From Octopus sinensis (lineage: Eukaryota): a stretch of DNA of 64,000 nucleotides. A model generated the notes under the pieces. The model saw only the letters and a list, made by a program, of their open reading frames with translations. It ran no database searches and was not told the DNA's origin. The stretch covers positions 5,704,001 through 5,768,000 of the forward strand of contig NC_042999.1 of the NCBI RefSeq assembly GCF_006345805.1. The letters are read 5' to 3'. The translations under genes and the position numbers were made by a program. This document shows positions 48,757 to 59,988 of the stretch, piece after piece. Each line of letters starts with the position of its first letter. Within the stretch, counting starts at the first letter, position 1.

Positions 48757-51700
48757 CTTAAATGACATAAAGTCACATAAGTTAGAAATCATAGCCATAA
48801 GCGAGACCAGACTCCACAATCCGGGGGCCCTAAAGACCATGTTTGGCGGACAGTTCAACATTTATTTTTTCCCCCTGTCTGCCGAGAATGGGCGGTAGTG
48901 GCACCGCGGTACTTTTACACAAGAGTCTGGATCTCAATGTAAGGACAATATTCGTAGACCCGGAGGGTAGACTGGTCGTCCTGGATGTCGACGGCAGCAA
49001 TGGGTGCGCTTTTCGACTCGTATCAGTTTACGCACCGCCCTTAACAGGTCGGGCGGATTTCTTTCAACGTCTAGAAGTTTTCTTGGGAACGTCTCGTCCT
49101 TTACTCTTAGTGGGGGATTGGAATGCTACCTTGGACACGCATGTAGACTACGTGGGTAGAGATAGGAATAGACGGGGATGCAAATGTCTCAGAGACCTGC
49201 TCAGACGCTTTCAACTGTCTGACAGGTTCCGACTAGACCACCCGAATGCGCCAACGTGGACATGGAGCAACCGCATCGGGTCGTCGAGATCGTATCTAGA
49301 TAGGATACTGTGTAGGACAGTAGATAGAGATAGCATAGGATGTCCACAATTCCACATAGTCAGCTACACGGATCACAAACTTGTGACATGTACGCTAGAC
49401 TTAGGTAAGACACTTAGGCAGGGTCCCGGATACTGGAAACTAAACGCGTCTTTCCCATCGAGACAAGTTTTCAGAGACCGGATTAGCACACTAGTAAAGA
49501 GGGCTTTGACGGGAGCCATCATCAACAACAAATGGTGGTTTGCCCTCAAGAGAGCAGTAAAAGCAGAAGCGATTAGGTACAGCAAAGCACTAGCCATAGA
49601 TAGAAATAGAGTAGAGGGTGAGCTAGTTAAGAAGCTAGAAGAGGCAATTAGAAGCGGCATCGCATCCGACGTTTTGGCGGCGAGGTTGGCCCTCGACCAA
49701 CACTTCAACGCCAAACACGAAGGATGTGCTGTCAGAGCTAGGATGCGTGCTCTAAGGAACGAAGGTGTTGGAGCCGCGAGAGAGGCCCGGGTGGCAGAGG
49801 CGCAACAGGGCAACAAAGCCACCATTCGGTCACTGGTAGATGAACAGGGGCGCGAATTGCTCGAGCCAAGTAAAATGTGTGAGGCCTTTCAGCAGCATTT
49901 TGCCCGACTGTTCGGAACGAGTGGAGGGCAAGAACGTAGGGTGGACTTCAGTGCCTACCTACATAGCCTACCACGACTCTCGACAAGAAAGGCAGGGTGC
50001 TGCGAAGGTGCCATCACGGCGGCGGAAGTGCGGGAAGCGATGGCAGAATGCTCGAGGGACAAATCACCGGGTTTGGATGGTCTACCCTACGAGCTTTACA
50101 ATTGTATGCCAGACTTGTTTGGAGATCTCTTGGCGGCGGTGTACTGCAACTGGCAGCAAAACGGGAGCATTCCTGGTTTTGTGAGCCGAGGAGCCGTAAC
50201 ACTGCTGAAGAAAGATCTAAACAAAGGAAATGTAATAGATAACTTTAGGCCCATCACTCTGCTTAATGCAGACTTGAAAATTTTGGCCAAGGTGCTAGCC
50301 AAGAGGTTGGCGCTTGTCATCGAGAAACTGGTCGACAAGGCGCAAACATGCGCCGTGCCAGGCCGGACCATCCATGACAACCTCCATCTGATGCGCTACA
50401 TCATAGACAGGGTAGTTAACGAACCTGGCATGGGTGGGGCCCTGATCAACTTGGATCAATCGAAAGCCTTTGATATGGTAGACCATCGATACTTGGAGGC
50501 AGTCCTGAGAGCGGCTGGTTTCGGTCCCGTCTTCCGCGGCTGGATAGCTGCCTTGTACAGAGGCATCCGTTCGGTAATTCGCGTAAATGGACATCTATCG
50601 AGACCTTTCGACATTGCACGTTCGGTCCGTCAGGGATGCCCCCTCTCGGCGCTTCTATACGTATTGACTCTTGAGCCACTACTGCGGAAGCTGGCGACTC
50701 TAAGGGGCATCCCGCGAGAATTGGGATGCGGGACGAGCGTGTCTGCATACGCGGACGACGTCACCGTCATAGTGTCTAGCCACGAGCACATCGAGCTGGT
50801 CGGCGAGACACTGAAAAACTACGAAGCGGTGACAGGAGCGAAAATCAACCGGGAAAAGTCAGTGGGCTTGCGACTAGGCACCTGGAGAAGCAAGCCCATG
50901 CCGTCCACCAGCGCCTCCGTCGTGGGACGCTGGACCGACGGCCCGGTTGAGTTGCTCGGGGTCTGGTTCGGTCCGGACCTCCAAGTGGAGAAGAACTGGA
51001 ACGAGATAACGAGTAGGGTGGTCACTCTCGCCCGGCAATGGGCCGAGAGGAAACTGTCCCTAAAAGGTCGAGCGGAGGTGGCGAACACGTACATCGCGTC
51101 CGTCATCTACTACCGCCTGACCGTCGTACCCTGTCCCGACCCTACCATCACCAAACTACAACGCATCCTCTTTCGCTTCTTGTGGAAAGGATGCGTCCCG
51201 ATGGTCAGGCGATCCATTTGCTGTCAACACCCGTTAAAAGGAGGGCTGGGCATGCCGTGGTTGATGATGCGCAGACACGCGCTGAGACTGCGACATCTCT
51301 GGCTCTATGTAGACGACGGTGAACAGGTGTGGTCGCCGTTTGTGAGGCACGCTTTCCCGCAGCTCGTCTCCATGACCGAACTGCAGTCGTGGATCAAAAA
51401 GAGGCCGAGGAAGGGCGAATGGCACCGCGAGTGTCGCGTTGCTCTCAAGCAACTCTGCCGTCCTGGGTCGACCTTAAGTGACTTCAACACAACCAAAGCA
51501 TTCTATAGGGGTTTAGTGGAGGGGAGGTACGACGACGAGCTCGGGGCGAACCTGGACGTCGACGAGGAGTACCTGACCCGCCTGTTCGGGACGACTTTCG
51601 GGCCAGGGCCCATGGACAACTTCCAGAGATCCCTGGCCTGGCAGTGCTACCGAGAAGCGCTACCCGTTCGGGATAAGCTCTACAGACACGGCTCGAGAAA

Positions 51701-52525
51701 CACGGGGCCGACCTGCCCGAGATGCGGTCAGAGCGACGAAACCGTTCTGCACGCACTCGTTCAGTGTCCAACAATTTCCGACCTGTGGGCTTATGTCGAA
51801 CAACTGCTGTCACGTGTGGGACGAGTCGGTTTATCAGCTGAGTCTATCGTCAATATTGTCACGCCTCCTTCCTTCAAACGGGAAGGAAGAGCTATTTTCA
51901 TCATCCTTGTGGCTATGGCGAAAGAATGTATCTGGTGGACGCGTCTGAAAGGATTGGAGACAAACACTTTCCTCTCTGGTCAATCTCTCATCAACTTCTT
52001 CAAGTACCACTTGAAAAGGAAAGTGAGAGTAGAGAGGCAAGTTTTGTCTAGCGAATGTTTTAAAAAAAGATGGGTGAATGTAGCAAGAATGGCACGTATG
52101 AATGACGAAGCCACCTTGAGCATAGTCCTATGAACCCAGAAATCGAAAACAGAGAGTTGCTTATTTGCAAAAAAAAAAAAAAAAAAAAAAAAGAAATATA
52201 AAATGTGACTTCATTGACCGAGGTTACCGTGGTCTTTTCCGTAGGCTTTTCTTTCCACGGGTAAACCTCACCTGTCCTCCCCTTTACACTTCATATTGAC
52301 ATTTCTGTGATAACGATCCCTATTGATCAATTTTTTTTTCCTCTCCCCCTTTTTTTTTTTTTTTTTTAACCCCCCTTTTTTTTGTCCTCTTTCTCTCCTT
52401 TTACGATCCCTTTTGATCGAAACTCCCCCTTCCTTTTTTTTTTTTTTTTTAAACCTTCAAAAGAAAAGCTCTACCTTGTAATTTGTTCTATCTGTGTGCA
52501 GCCCTGTGTGGCTAATAAAGAAACA
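48757..52525 (+). mobile_element. Tx1-clade (L1-group) LINE, 5'-truncated, young
   Basis: Perfect 17-bp TSD tatctatcttcctacct (48740-48756 / 52526-52542); 3' UTR with A and T tracts and AATAAA at 52514. Confidence 0.92.
48843..52133 (+). CDS. LINE ORF2 polyprotein: APE endonuclease, reverse transcriptase, C-terminal zinc knuckle
   Basis: 1096 aa without stops; EN motifs VGDWNA, SYLDRI, TDHK; RT motifs KSPGLDG, NFRPITLLN, DQSKAFD, RQGCPLS, AYADD, GGLGMP; CPRC..ETVLHALVQC. An upstream IIAISETR motif lies in another frame (+1 shift at the T6C5 run, 48865-48875). Confidence 0.93.
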   Translation: MADSSTFIFSPCLPRMGGSGTAVLLHKSLDLNVRTIFVDPEGRLVVLDVDGSNGCAFRLVSVYAPPLTGRADFFQRLEVFLGTSRPLLLVGDWNATLDTHVDYVGRDRNRRGCKCLRDLLRRFQLSDRFRLDHPNAPTWTWSNRIGSSRSYLDRILCRTVDRDSIGCPQFHIVSYTDHKLVTCTLDLGKTLRQGPGYWKLNASFPSRQVFRDRISTLVKRALTGAIINNKWWFALKRAVKAEAIRYSKALAIDRNRVEGELVKKLEEAIRSGIASDVLAARLALDQHFNAKHEGCAVRARMRALRNEGVGAAREARVAEAQQGNKATIRSLVDEQGRELLEPSKMCEAFQQHFARLFGTSGGQERRVDFSAYLHSLPRLSTRKAGCCEGAITAAEVREAMAECSRDKSPGLDGLPYELYNCMPDLFGDLLAAVYCNWQQNGSIPGFVSRGAVTLLKKDLNKGNVIDNFRPITLLNADLKILAKVLAKRLALVIEKLVDKAQTCAVPGRTIHDNLHLMRYIIDRVVNEPGMGGALINLDQSKAFDMVDHRYLEAVLRAAGFGPVFRGWIAALYRGIRSVIRVNGHLSRPFDIARSVRQGCPLSALLYVLTLEPLLRKLATLRGIPRELGCGTSVSAYADDVTVIVSSHEHIELVGETLKNYEAVTGAKINREKSVGLRLGTWRSKPMPSTSASVVGRWTDGPVELLGVWFGPDLQVEKNWNEITSRVVTLARQWAERKLSLKGRAEVANTYIASVIYYRLTVVPCPDPTITKLQRILFRFLWKGCVPMVRRSICCQHPLKGGLGMPWLMMRRHALRLRHLWLYVDDGEQVWSPFVRHAFPQLVSMTELQSWIKKRPRKGEWHRECRVALKQLCRPGSTLSDFNTTKAFYRGLVEGRYDDELGANLDVDEEYLTRLFGTTFGPGPMDNFQRSLAWQCYREALPVRDKLYRHGSRNTGPTCPRCGQSDETVLHALVQCPTISDLWAYVEQLLSRVGRVGLSAESIVNIVTPPSFKREGRAIFIILVAMAKECIWWTRLKGLETNTFLSGQSLINFFKYHLKRKVRVERQVLSSECFKKRWVNVARMARMNDEATLSIVL

Positions 52526-52640
52526 TATCTATCTTCCTACCTATCTGTCTACCTACCTACTTACCTACCTATCTTTCTATCTATCTATCTACCTACCTAT
52601 TCTTTCTATTTAGCTAGCTATCTACCTACCTTTGTATCTG

Positions 52641-52680
<40 letters not shown>

Positions 52681-52692
52681 CCTACCTTTTTA

Positions 52693-52724
<32 letters not shown>

Positions 52725-53027
52725 CCTACCTACCTACCTACCTTTCTATCTGTCTATCTATCTATCTAGCTACCTACCTACTTACCTACCTACCTACCTA
52801 CCTACCTACCTATCTATCTATCTATCTATCTAACTATCTATCTATCTATCCATCTACCTACCTACCTATCTATCTATCTATCTATCATTGTGGCTATGGC
52901 GAAAGAATGTATCTGGTGGACACGTCTGAAAGGATTGGAGACAAACACTTTCCTCTCTGGTCAATCTCTCATCAACCTATCTTTCTACCTACCTACCTAC
53001 CTACCTACCTACCTACCTATCTTCCTA
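52526..53027. repeat. (CTAT)n/(CTAC)n array (right half)
   Basis: Direct inspection. Confidence 0.95.
52888..52976 (+). other. 89-bp copy of a LINE ORF2 internal segment (51907-51995)
   Basis: 88/89 identical; no tail. Confidence 0.92.
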
Positions 53028-53199
53028 CATCACAAAAAAAGTAAATTAATTGCGATATTCACCCAGAGATGATATCCCTTATAAGCGTGCTATGTTTAAA
53101 AACACCAAAATATACTAGTAGCCAACGAAAATCTTCTAGCAGCGGCGTTGAGAACATTAGTCATGTTTCTGCCTCTTTGCTCCTTGTCAGTAGGATGTA

Positions 53200-53680
53200 C
53201 TCATGCCGACCACATACTAAGAAAAAATCCATTGCTGCTAAAACAGGCTATTTTAATCCAATATTGCTTCTCTTGCAGGGAATGGATTTTTATTTCTCTG
53301 GGCTGCGGCTGTTGCTGTTGAGCGAAGCGGTCTTCGTCCCAGAGTGGGAGAAGTCCAAAACGTGGTCCTTTGCTATTTGTAAGACCCGCAGAAGAGAAAG
53401 CAGATCAACCCCCAACACCGAGAGCATCGACGGATGGCTGAATGCGCATCCAGGCTCAGCGGTTGCGTAGGAAGTCGGGGACAAGAAACAGGAAGAAAGA
53501 GTGAGAGAAAGTTGGAGCGAAAGAGTACAACAGGGGTCGCCACCGTCCCCTGCCGGAGCCTCATGGAGCTTTAGGTGTTTTCGCTCAATAAACACACACA
53601 ACGCCCGGTCTGGGAATCGAAACCGCGATCCTCCGACCGCGAGTCCGCTGCCCTAACCACTGGGCCATTGCGCCTCCACT
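53200..53680 (-). mobile_element. S3-headed element with body 3 (longer copy)
   Basis: Homologous to 40312-40700. Confidence 0.7.
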
Positions 53681-53915
53681 TGGGCTGCTGCTTGCAACCC
53701 TGGTGATTTTTCTATTACTGTTTCCCCATACATGTAGCGCCGGATTTTCTCTTAGAATGTAGTTGCCAGTGTATATATGCTGCTGGCGAAGCCCAACGAG
53801 GTCGGAATACACACCAAGCATTATCACCGCCGCAGCTGCCGCTAGAATATTTTTATCTGCTTGTGATATATGTTGGTGTTTTTCTTCAGAGAACGGTCAT
53901 TAGAGACAGTATCAC

Positions 53916-54658
53916 TGGTAAGGCGGAGAGCTGGCGGAATCATTAGCACGCCGGGCAATATGCGTAGCCGTATTTCGTCTGCCGTTACGTTCTGAGTTCA
54001 AATTCCGCCGAAGTCGACTTTGCCTTTCATCCTTTCGGGGGTCGATAAATTAAGTACCAGTTACACACTGGGGTCAATGTAATCGACTTAATCCGTTTGT
54101 CTGTCTTTGTTTGTCCTCTCTGTGTTTAGCCCCTTGTGGGTAGTAAAGAAATAGGTATTTCTTCTGCCGCTACGTTCAGAGTTCAAATTCCGCCGACGTC
54201 GACTTTGCCTTTCATCCTTTCAGGGTCGATATAATCGACTTAATCCGTTTGTCTGTCCTTGTTTGTCCTCTCTGTGTATAGCCCCTTGTGGGTAGTAAAG
54301 GAATAGGTATTTCGTCTGTCTTTACGTTCTGAGTTCAAATTCCGCCGAGGTCGACTTTGCCTTTCATCCTTTCGGGGGTCGATAAATTAAGTACCAGTTA
54401 CGCACTGGGGTCGATGTAATCGACTTAATCCGTTTGTCTGGCTTTGTTTGTCCCCTCTGTGTTTAGCTCCTCGTGGGTAGTAAAGAAATAGATATTTCGT
54501 CTGTCTTTATGTTCTGAGTTCAAATTCCGCCGACGTCGACTTTGCCTTTCATCCTTTCGGGGGTCGATTAAATAAGTACCAGTTACGCACTGGGGTCGAT
54601 GTAATCGACTTAATCCGTTTGTCTGTCCTTGTTTGTCCCCTTGTGGGTAGTAAAGAAA
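53916..54658 (+). mobile_element. S5 SINE tetramer
   Basis: Head plus 4 head-to-tail units; 15-bp TSD tagaga(c/t)agtatcac (53901-53915 / 54659-54673). Confidence 0.82.
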
Positions 54659-54752
54659 TAGAGATAGTATCACCAGACGAATACTGCAGAAAATTTGCTA
54701 TTTCACGATAAACTTACATTAAGTATGATACATACGTCACACACACACACAT

Positions 54753-54784
<32 letters not shown>

Positions 54785-55519
54785 GGGAAAGAAAGAGAGA
54801 GAGAGAGAGATAGACTGACAGACATACAGTCAAGTGGACGGACGGACGGATGGAAGACAGATAAATAGATAGATCCATACACAGATTGATAGATAGACTT
54901 ATACATACACAGACAATAATCTTTTATATGAAGAATGTATGTATATATTTTTCTATAATGGTTTTCATTTCCATACAAGGCCAGAAATCCCAAGGGGATG
55001 GCGACAACTGTTGGATAATTTACGGCTAATACAAGCTGGGAAATTTATTGATCCCAGAGAAGTGATTTAAAGGCCTCTGATCCGGCACGACACTGTTGTT
55101 ACCATCCACTTATTGTCTCTATTCCACTGTAGTTAAAGAAAACTTCGAGCTGAAGCCGTTGACTTCATTTAATATAGTTTCTTTATTGGAAATCTCGAAT
55201 GGAAGGGTTTAAACAAAGCCCATGCAAGGTCATTGCGTTGTGTGAGCATGATAAGTTTATATTTCATTTAGTTATGGTTTCTGCATCTAAAGATGTAGAA
55301 AACGTGGCACAATTTTTAATGTCGAAGATAGAGATTTTAAAAAGAGGTGGATGGGTGTTTCTTAAAATTATCATTTAAGGAGATGAAGTGACGGGGAATA
55401 ACTATAAACCTCATAAACCTTCACAGACTTTTAAAGAGGTTCGTTGTTATGTTTAAAAGGCGATCTTAGTGATTGTGGAGGAGATGTATCGAATAAGAAA
55501 TAAAAAATATTAATCTCTT

Positions 55520-56052
55520 TATTGCCCACAGGGGGATAAACATAGAGGGGACAAACAAGGAGATTAAGTCGATCACATCGACCCCAGTGCGTAACTGGTA
55601 CTTATTTAATCGACCCCGAAAGGATGAAAGGCAAAGTCGACATCGGCGGAATTTGAACTCAGAACGTAGCGGCAGACGAAATACCTATTTCTTTACTACC
55701 CACAAGGGGCCAAACACAGAAGGGACAAACAGATTAAGTCGATTATATCGACCCCGAAAGGATGAAAGTCAAAGTCGACGTCGGCGGAATTTGAACTCAG
55801 AATGTAGCGGCAGACGAAATACCTATTTCTTTACTACCCACAACGGGCTAAACACAGAGGGGAGAACCAAGGACAGACAAACGGATTAAGTCGATTACAT
55901 CGACCCCAGTGCGTAACTTGTACTTATTTAATTGACCCCGAAAGGATGAAAGGCAAAGTCGACCTCGGTGGAATTTGAACTCAGAACGTAACGGCAGACG
56001 AAATACCGCTAAACATTTCGCCCGGCGTGCTAACTTTTCTGCTCGCCGCCCT
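55520..56052 (-). mobile_element. S5 SINE trimer
   Basis: Head plus 3 units with the same junction. Confidence 0.8.
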
Positions 56053-56786
56053 AGGAATAAAATTATTGTAGTAATGGGTAGAGAGAGAGTAGAAAGTGTT
56101 GGTGAATGAGGCTTTGCCAGTTAGTTGGGTGGTCTTTGGGGCTAAAATTACAATAAAATATTCCAGGCATGAACAGTGGTCGCTTTTCCAGTGTCAGTAA
56201 TTAATATTATTCTGGGTTATTGATTTGTTAGCCAATAATGATTTATGCTTGAACTTCGTTTTGTTTCCGTTAAATCTTTGTAACAAGGATCAATCTATGG
56301 ATTTAATGCATTATACTAAACAAACACTAATTATATTCTATCTCTGTTCATGTTTATCTTTTTGACGAAGTGTTAGGTTTCATTCTTACCAATGTCCTGT
56401 CCATTGCCCACAGCACATGGCTGGTGAATGCCATATATTTATAGATGTGCCTCTATTGGACAAAAAACAAGAAAAAAAAATCAAAGTGCACGTCATCGAT
56501 CTTAAAATGTAAGACATTGATTTTGCATCGTGTGTACCAAGGACACTGGTCTATATTGATAAAAAAAATAATAATCTGGGAAGGTTTCAGGTAAACTCAA
56601 CGTCACAAGTTTACAATAAATGCAGATGTTTTATTATTATCGTCAATCGATCTGATGTTTCACTGAAAGAACTAAATGTCCTGTAACCAAACAAGAAATA
56701 TCTATTAATCTATCGAGAACTAAAACGGAATTAAATAAAATAAAGTTATTTCTTTTAGAGATTACATAAAATGAAATTCGATACTG

Positions 56787-57491
56787 GGATCTTTTCGTTT
56801 TGAACGGCAGTTTTTTTTTAATAATTTCCATGTAACTAAACACTTTTAAACTTCGTATACTGGTAGAATGTGTTTATAAAACATCTTTTTCTCTTGGCTT
56901 TATTGAGAAAATTCTATAGTTTGTAAGATATTTTTTCGTTTTTTTTCTTCAATTTCTGCAATTTCAACAAATCAATGACGTCTATTGAGGTGAAAACATT
57001 CTGTGCCGTGTGAATATGTCCCTCGTTTAAGAAACAGATTGGGTTTATTTACATTTGTGAAGAAAAAAAGATACGGATCTTTTCGGTTTGAATGGCAGTT
57101 TTCCTAGCGGTGTCATATGAAATTGTCACCCATAATTATGACGCTAGTATCGATCTATTGCATTTCAATCTGTTTTAGGGTTAGGGTTAGGGGTGGGGGA
57201 AGGGTATCTTTTTTTTTTCTTCACAAATGTAAATAAACCCAATCTGTTTCTTAAACGAGGGACATATATTCATACGGCACAGAATTTATTTTTTTTACCT
57301 CAATAGACGTCATTGATTGGTTGAAATTGCAGAAATTGAAGAAAAAACAACAACAAATATCTTACAAACCATAGAATTTTTTCAATAAAGCCAAGAGAAA
57401 AAGATGTTTTATAAACACATTCTACCAGTATACGAAGTTTAAAAGTGTTTAGTTACGTGGAAATTATTTTTAAAAACTGCCGGTCAAACCG
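56787..57491. mobile_element. Long inverted-repeat element with internal (TTAGGG)3, flanked by 38-bp direct repeats
   Basis: Arms 56796-57074 / 57204-57491; telomere-type repeats at 57175-57192; direct repeats 56749-56786 / 57492-57529 (37/38). Confidence 0.8.
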
Positions 57492-57869
57492 TTTCTTTTA
57501 GACATTACATAAAATGAAATTCGATACTGACACAAACTCACTCCAGTTTTTTTTGGAGACCAACTTACTGAGTTAAGCAGTTTAGTGTTTATTATTATCT
57601 TACCATAACAACATTTCTGCCCCAACCATTTATATCTGTTCCCTCCTTATCGTATTAAATAATGACATTTATTTCTAGATTACAGTTGAATACGTTGCTT
57701 GTTTATCCTTTTATCTATTTTTGTGACTGCTTCAGGCAAGAACGGCATTTCAGGCATACCACAGTTAAATCTCTTCTCATGGAAATGCCTGCCCCCATCA
57801 AGTGTCTATTTTAATTCAAAAACACTCGTTTATTTGTCTTTAACAATATCTAACACTGAAGGCAGTTAG

Positions 57870-58130
57870 AGCTTACAGAATCGTTAGCATGCCGGACTAA
57901 ACGCTTAGCAGCATTTCGTCCGTCTTAACGTTCTGAGTTCAAATTCCGCCGACGTCCACTTTGCCTTTCATCCTTTTGGGGTCGATAAAATAAGTACCAA
58001 TAAAGTCCACTTCGCCTTTCTTTCATCCTTTCAGGGTCGATGAAATAAGTACCAGTAGAGTACTGGGGTTGATGTAATCAACTTACACCCTCCCCCGAAT
58101 TTACTGGCCTTGTGCCAAAATTTGAAACCA
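57870..58130 (+). mobile_element. S5 SINE with an internal duplication
   Basis: Nin-like core. Confidence 0.7.
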
Positions 58131-58224
58131 GTAATATCAAACATTTGAGTTTTGGCACCGTCATTCCTGGTAAGTTTCAAAGAGATTCTTGAGAGGAAAA
58201 ATTTGTTTTTGTAACAATTCTTTT

Positions 58225-58403
58225 ACTCTTTTACTTGTTTCAGTCATCTGACTGCGGCCATGCTGGAGCACCGCTTTTAGTCGAGCAAATCGCCCCCAGG
58301 ACTTAGTCTTTGTAAGTCTAGTACATATTGTATCGGAAACATACACACACCAGCATCGGTTGTCAAGCGACAAACACAGACACACACACACATACATACA
58401 TAC

Positions 58404-58453
<50 letters not shown>

Positions 58454-58660
58454 ACACACATATACGACAGGCTTCTTTCATTTTCCGTCTACCAAATCCA
58501 TTCACATGACTTTGGTCAGCCCGAGGCTATAGTAGAACACACTTGCCCAAGGTGCCATGCAGTGGGACTGAACCCCGGAACCATGTGGTTGGTAAGCAAG
58601 CTACTTACCATGTGGTTGGTAAGCAAGCTACTTACCACAACAGCCACCCCTGCGCCTTAA
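58225..58660 (-). mobile_element. SINE S2
   Basis: Full length with a duplicated accatgtggttggtaagcaagctactt. Confidence 0.75.
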
Positions 58661-58947
58661 TGTACAAATTAATAAAATATTAGACTGGTTGACAGGTCCT
58701 GTGTTGTGATCTTCCGCATATTTGATATACTTCTGGCAATTTCACTGCCAGAACTTTCCTAAACTGTTTGCTTGTTAAACGTTCGTGTCCCATTTGATCA
58801 GCCACCGTAAACATTTTTCAACTGAAACGAAGCAATAATCGCGAGAAGTCGGAATTTGGAGATATATTTACAAGAATATATTTTTAGAGTCTGGTGTCTG
58901 CCCGTTACTTCGGTACCAATGCCAATTCGAATACTGCTTTATAAACT

Positions 58948-59350
58948 ACTAGCAGTATCGCCCGGCGTTGCTCGGGTTTGTAAGGGAAAGAACTATATAA
59001 GCATTTTTTAGAGAGTTATAGCCAAAAGATAGCAAAAAAATGCATTAAATATGGAAAAAAAAATGATGGTAAATTTTTTTTTAAATCGTTGACTCATCGT
59101 AGACATTTTTAGAGAGTTACTTCCCTTATATAATAGCGAAAAATGCATTAAAATGGAAAAAATGATGGTAATTTTTTTTTTAATCGTAGACTCATCGTAG
59201 ACGCGCGCTAATACCCAGAAGGGCTCGATATGAATCACGACTATAAGATACCCGGTTTTGGTTAAACTGCACCGCAAAATGTGGGAGTAGTTAGGAATCT
59301 AAATCGTAGGAGACAGACACTCACACAACCTCTCTTTTATATATAAAGAT
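58948..59350 (+). mobile_element. Helitron/HINE-like element, family 1
   Basis: Homologous to 19606-20246. Confidence 0.65.
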
Positions 59351-59988
59351 ATTTCATAATGACTAGACAGATTGAAGAAAAGACGAGATGGAGTCACACA
59401 AACCATTACTTTATTCTGACTTCAATAATTAATATTACAAATAAAAAGGCAAAATATAGAAAGCAGTCATTGTAAATAGATCGGCTTAAGTACTTGTTTA
59501 CAAATAATTCCAAGAAATTGGGAGATCAAATATTCTTGGCAAGAAGAGATTCGCAAGATGTTTTTTACGTCATTTGTTTTAGAATTACTATTTAGGAATG
59601 GTTAAGAGTTCTTCGATAAATTCAGAAAAGTTTTCTTAGCCTTGGATCTTCAGGAACTTAATGAGGAACTGTTTTTTGTGAGGAATTCAATAGAAAATAA
59701 GAAATATGAGAAATTTGCTTTTTATTTTCAGGAACCCTTTTTCTATCTAATTATACACAAGGTATCTATGTATGCGCGCACGCACACACACCTGCCCACT
59801 GTTATTTATCTGTTGAGTCGGATCCCTATGTCTATGCTGACCATGACCACCACTATAAATCGGAAGTGATGTGTATACAATATTTATACTACAAAATGGT
59901 TAATTGTCAGTTTAATTAATCATCCTTTGTAAACAATTCTCGTAAAATTACAACACGTACTGTCGGCTGTTAAGACCCTTCTATTCTC

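Noticed and set aside
49373-52040. Antisense and alternate-frame ORFs inside the Tx1 ORF2
   Set aside because: Expected shadow ORFs of a GC-richer coding sequence.
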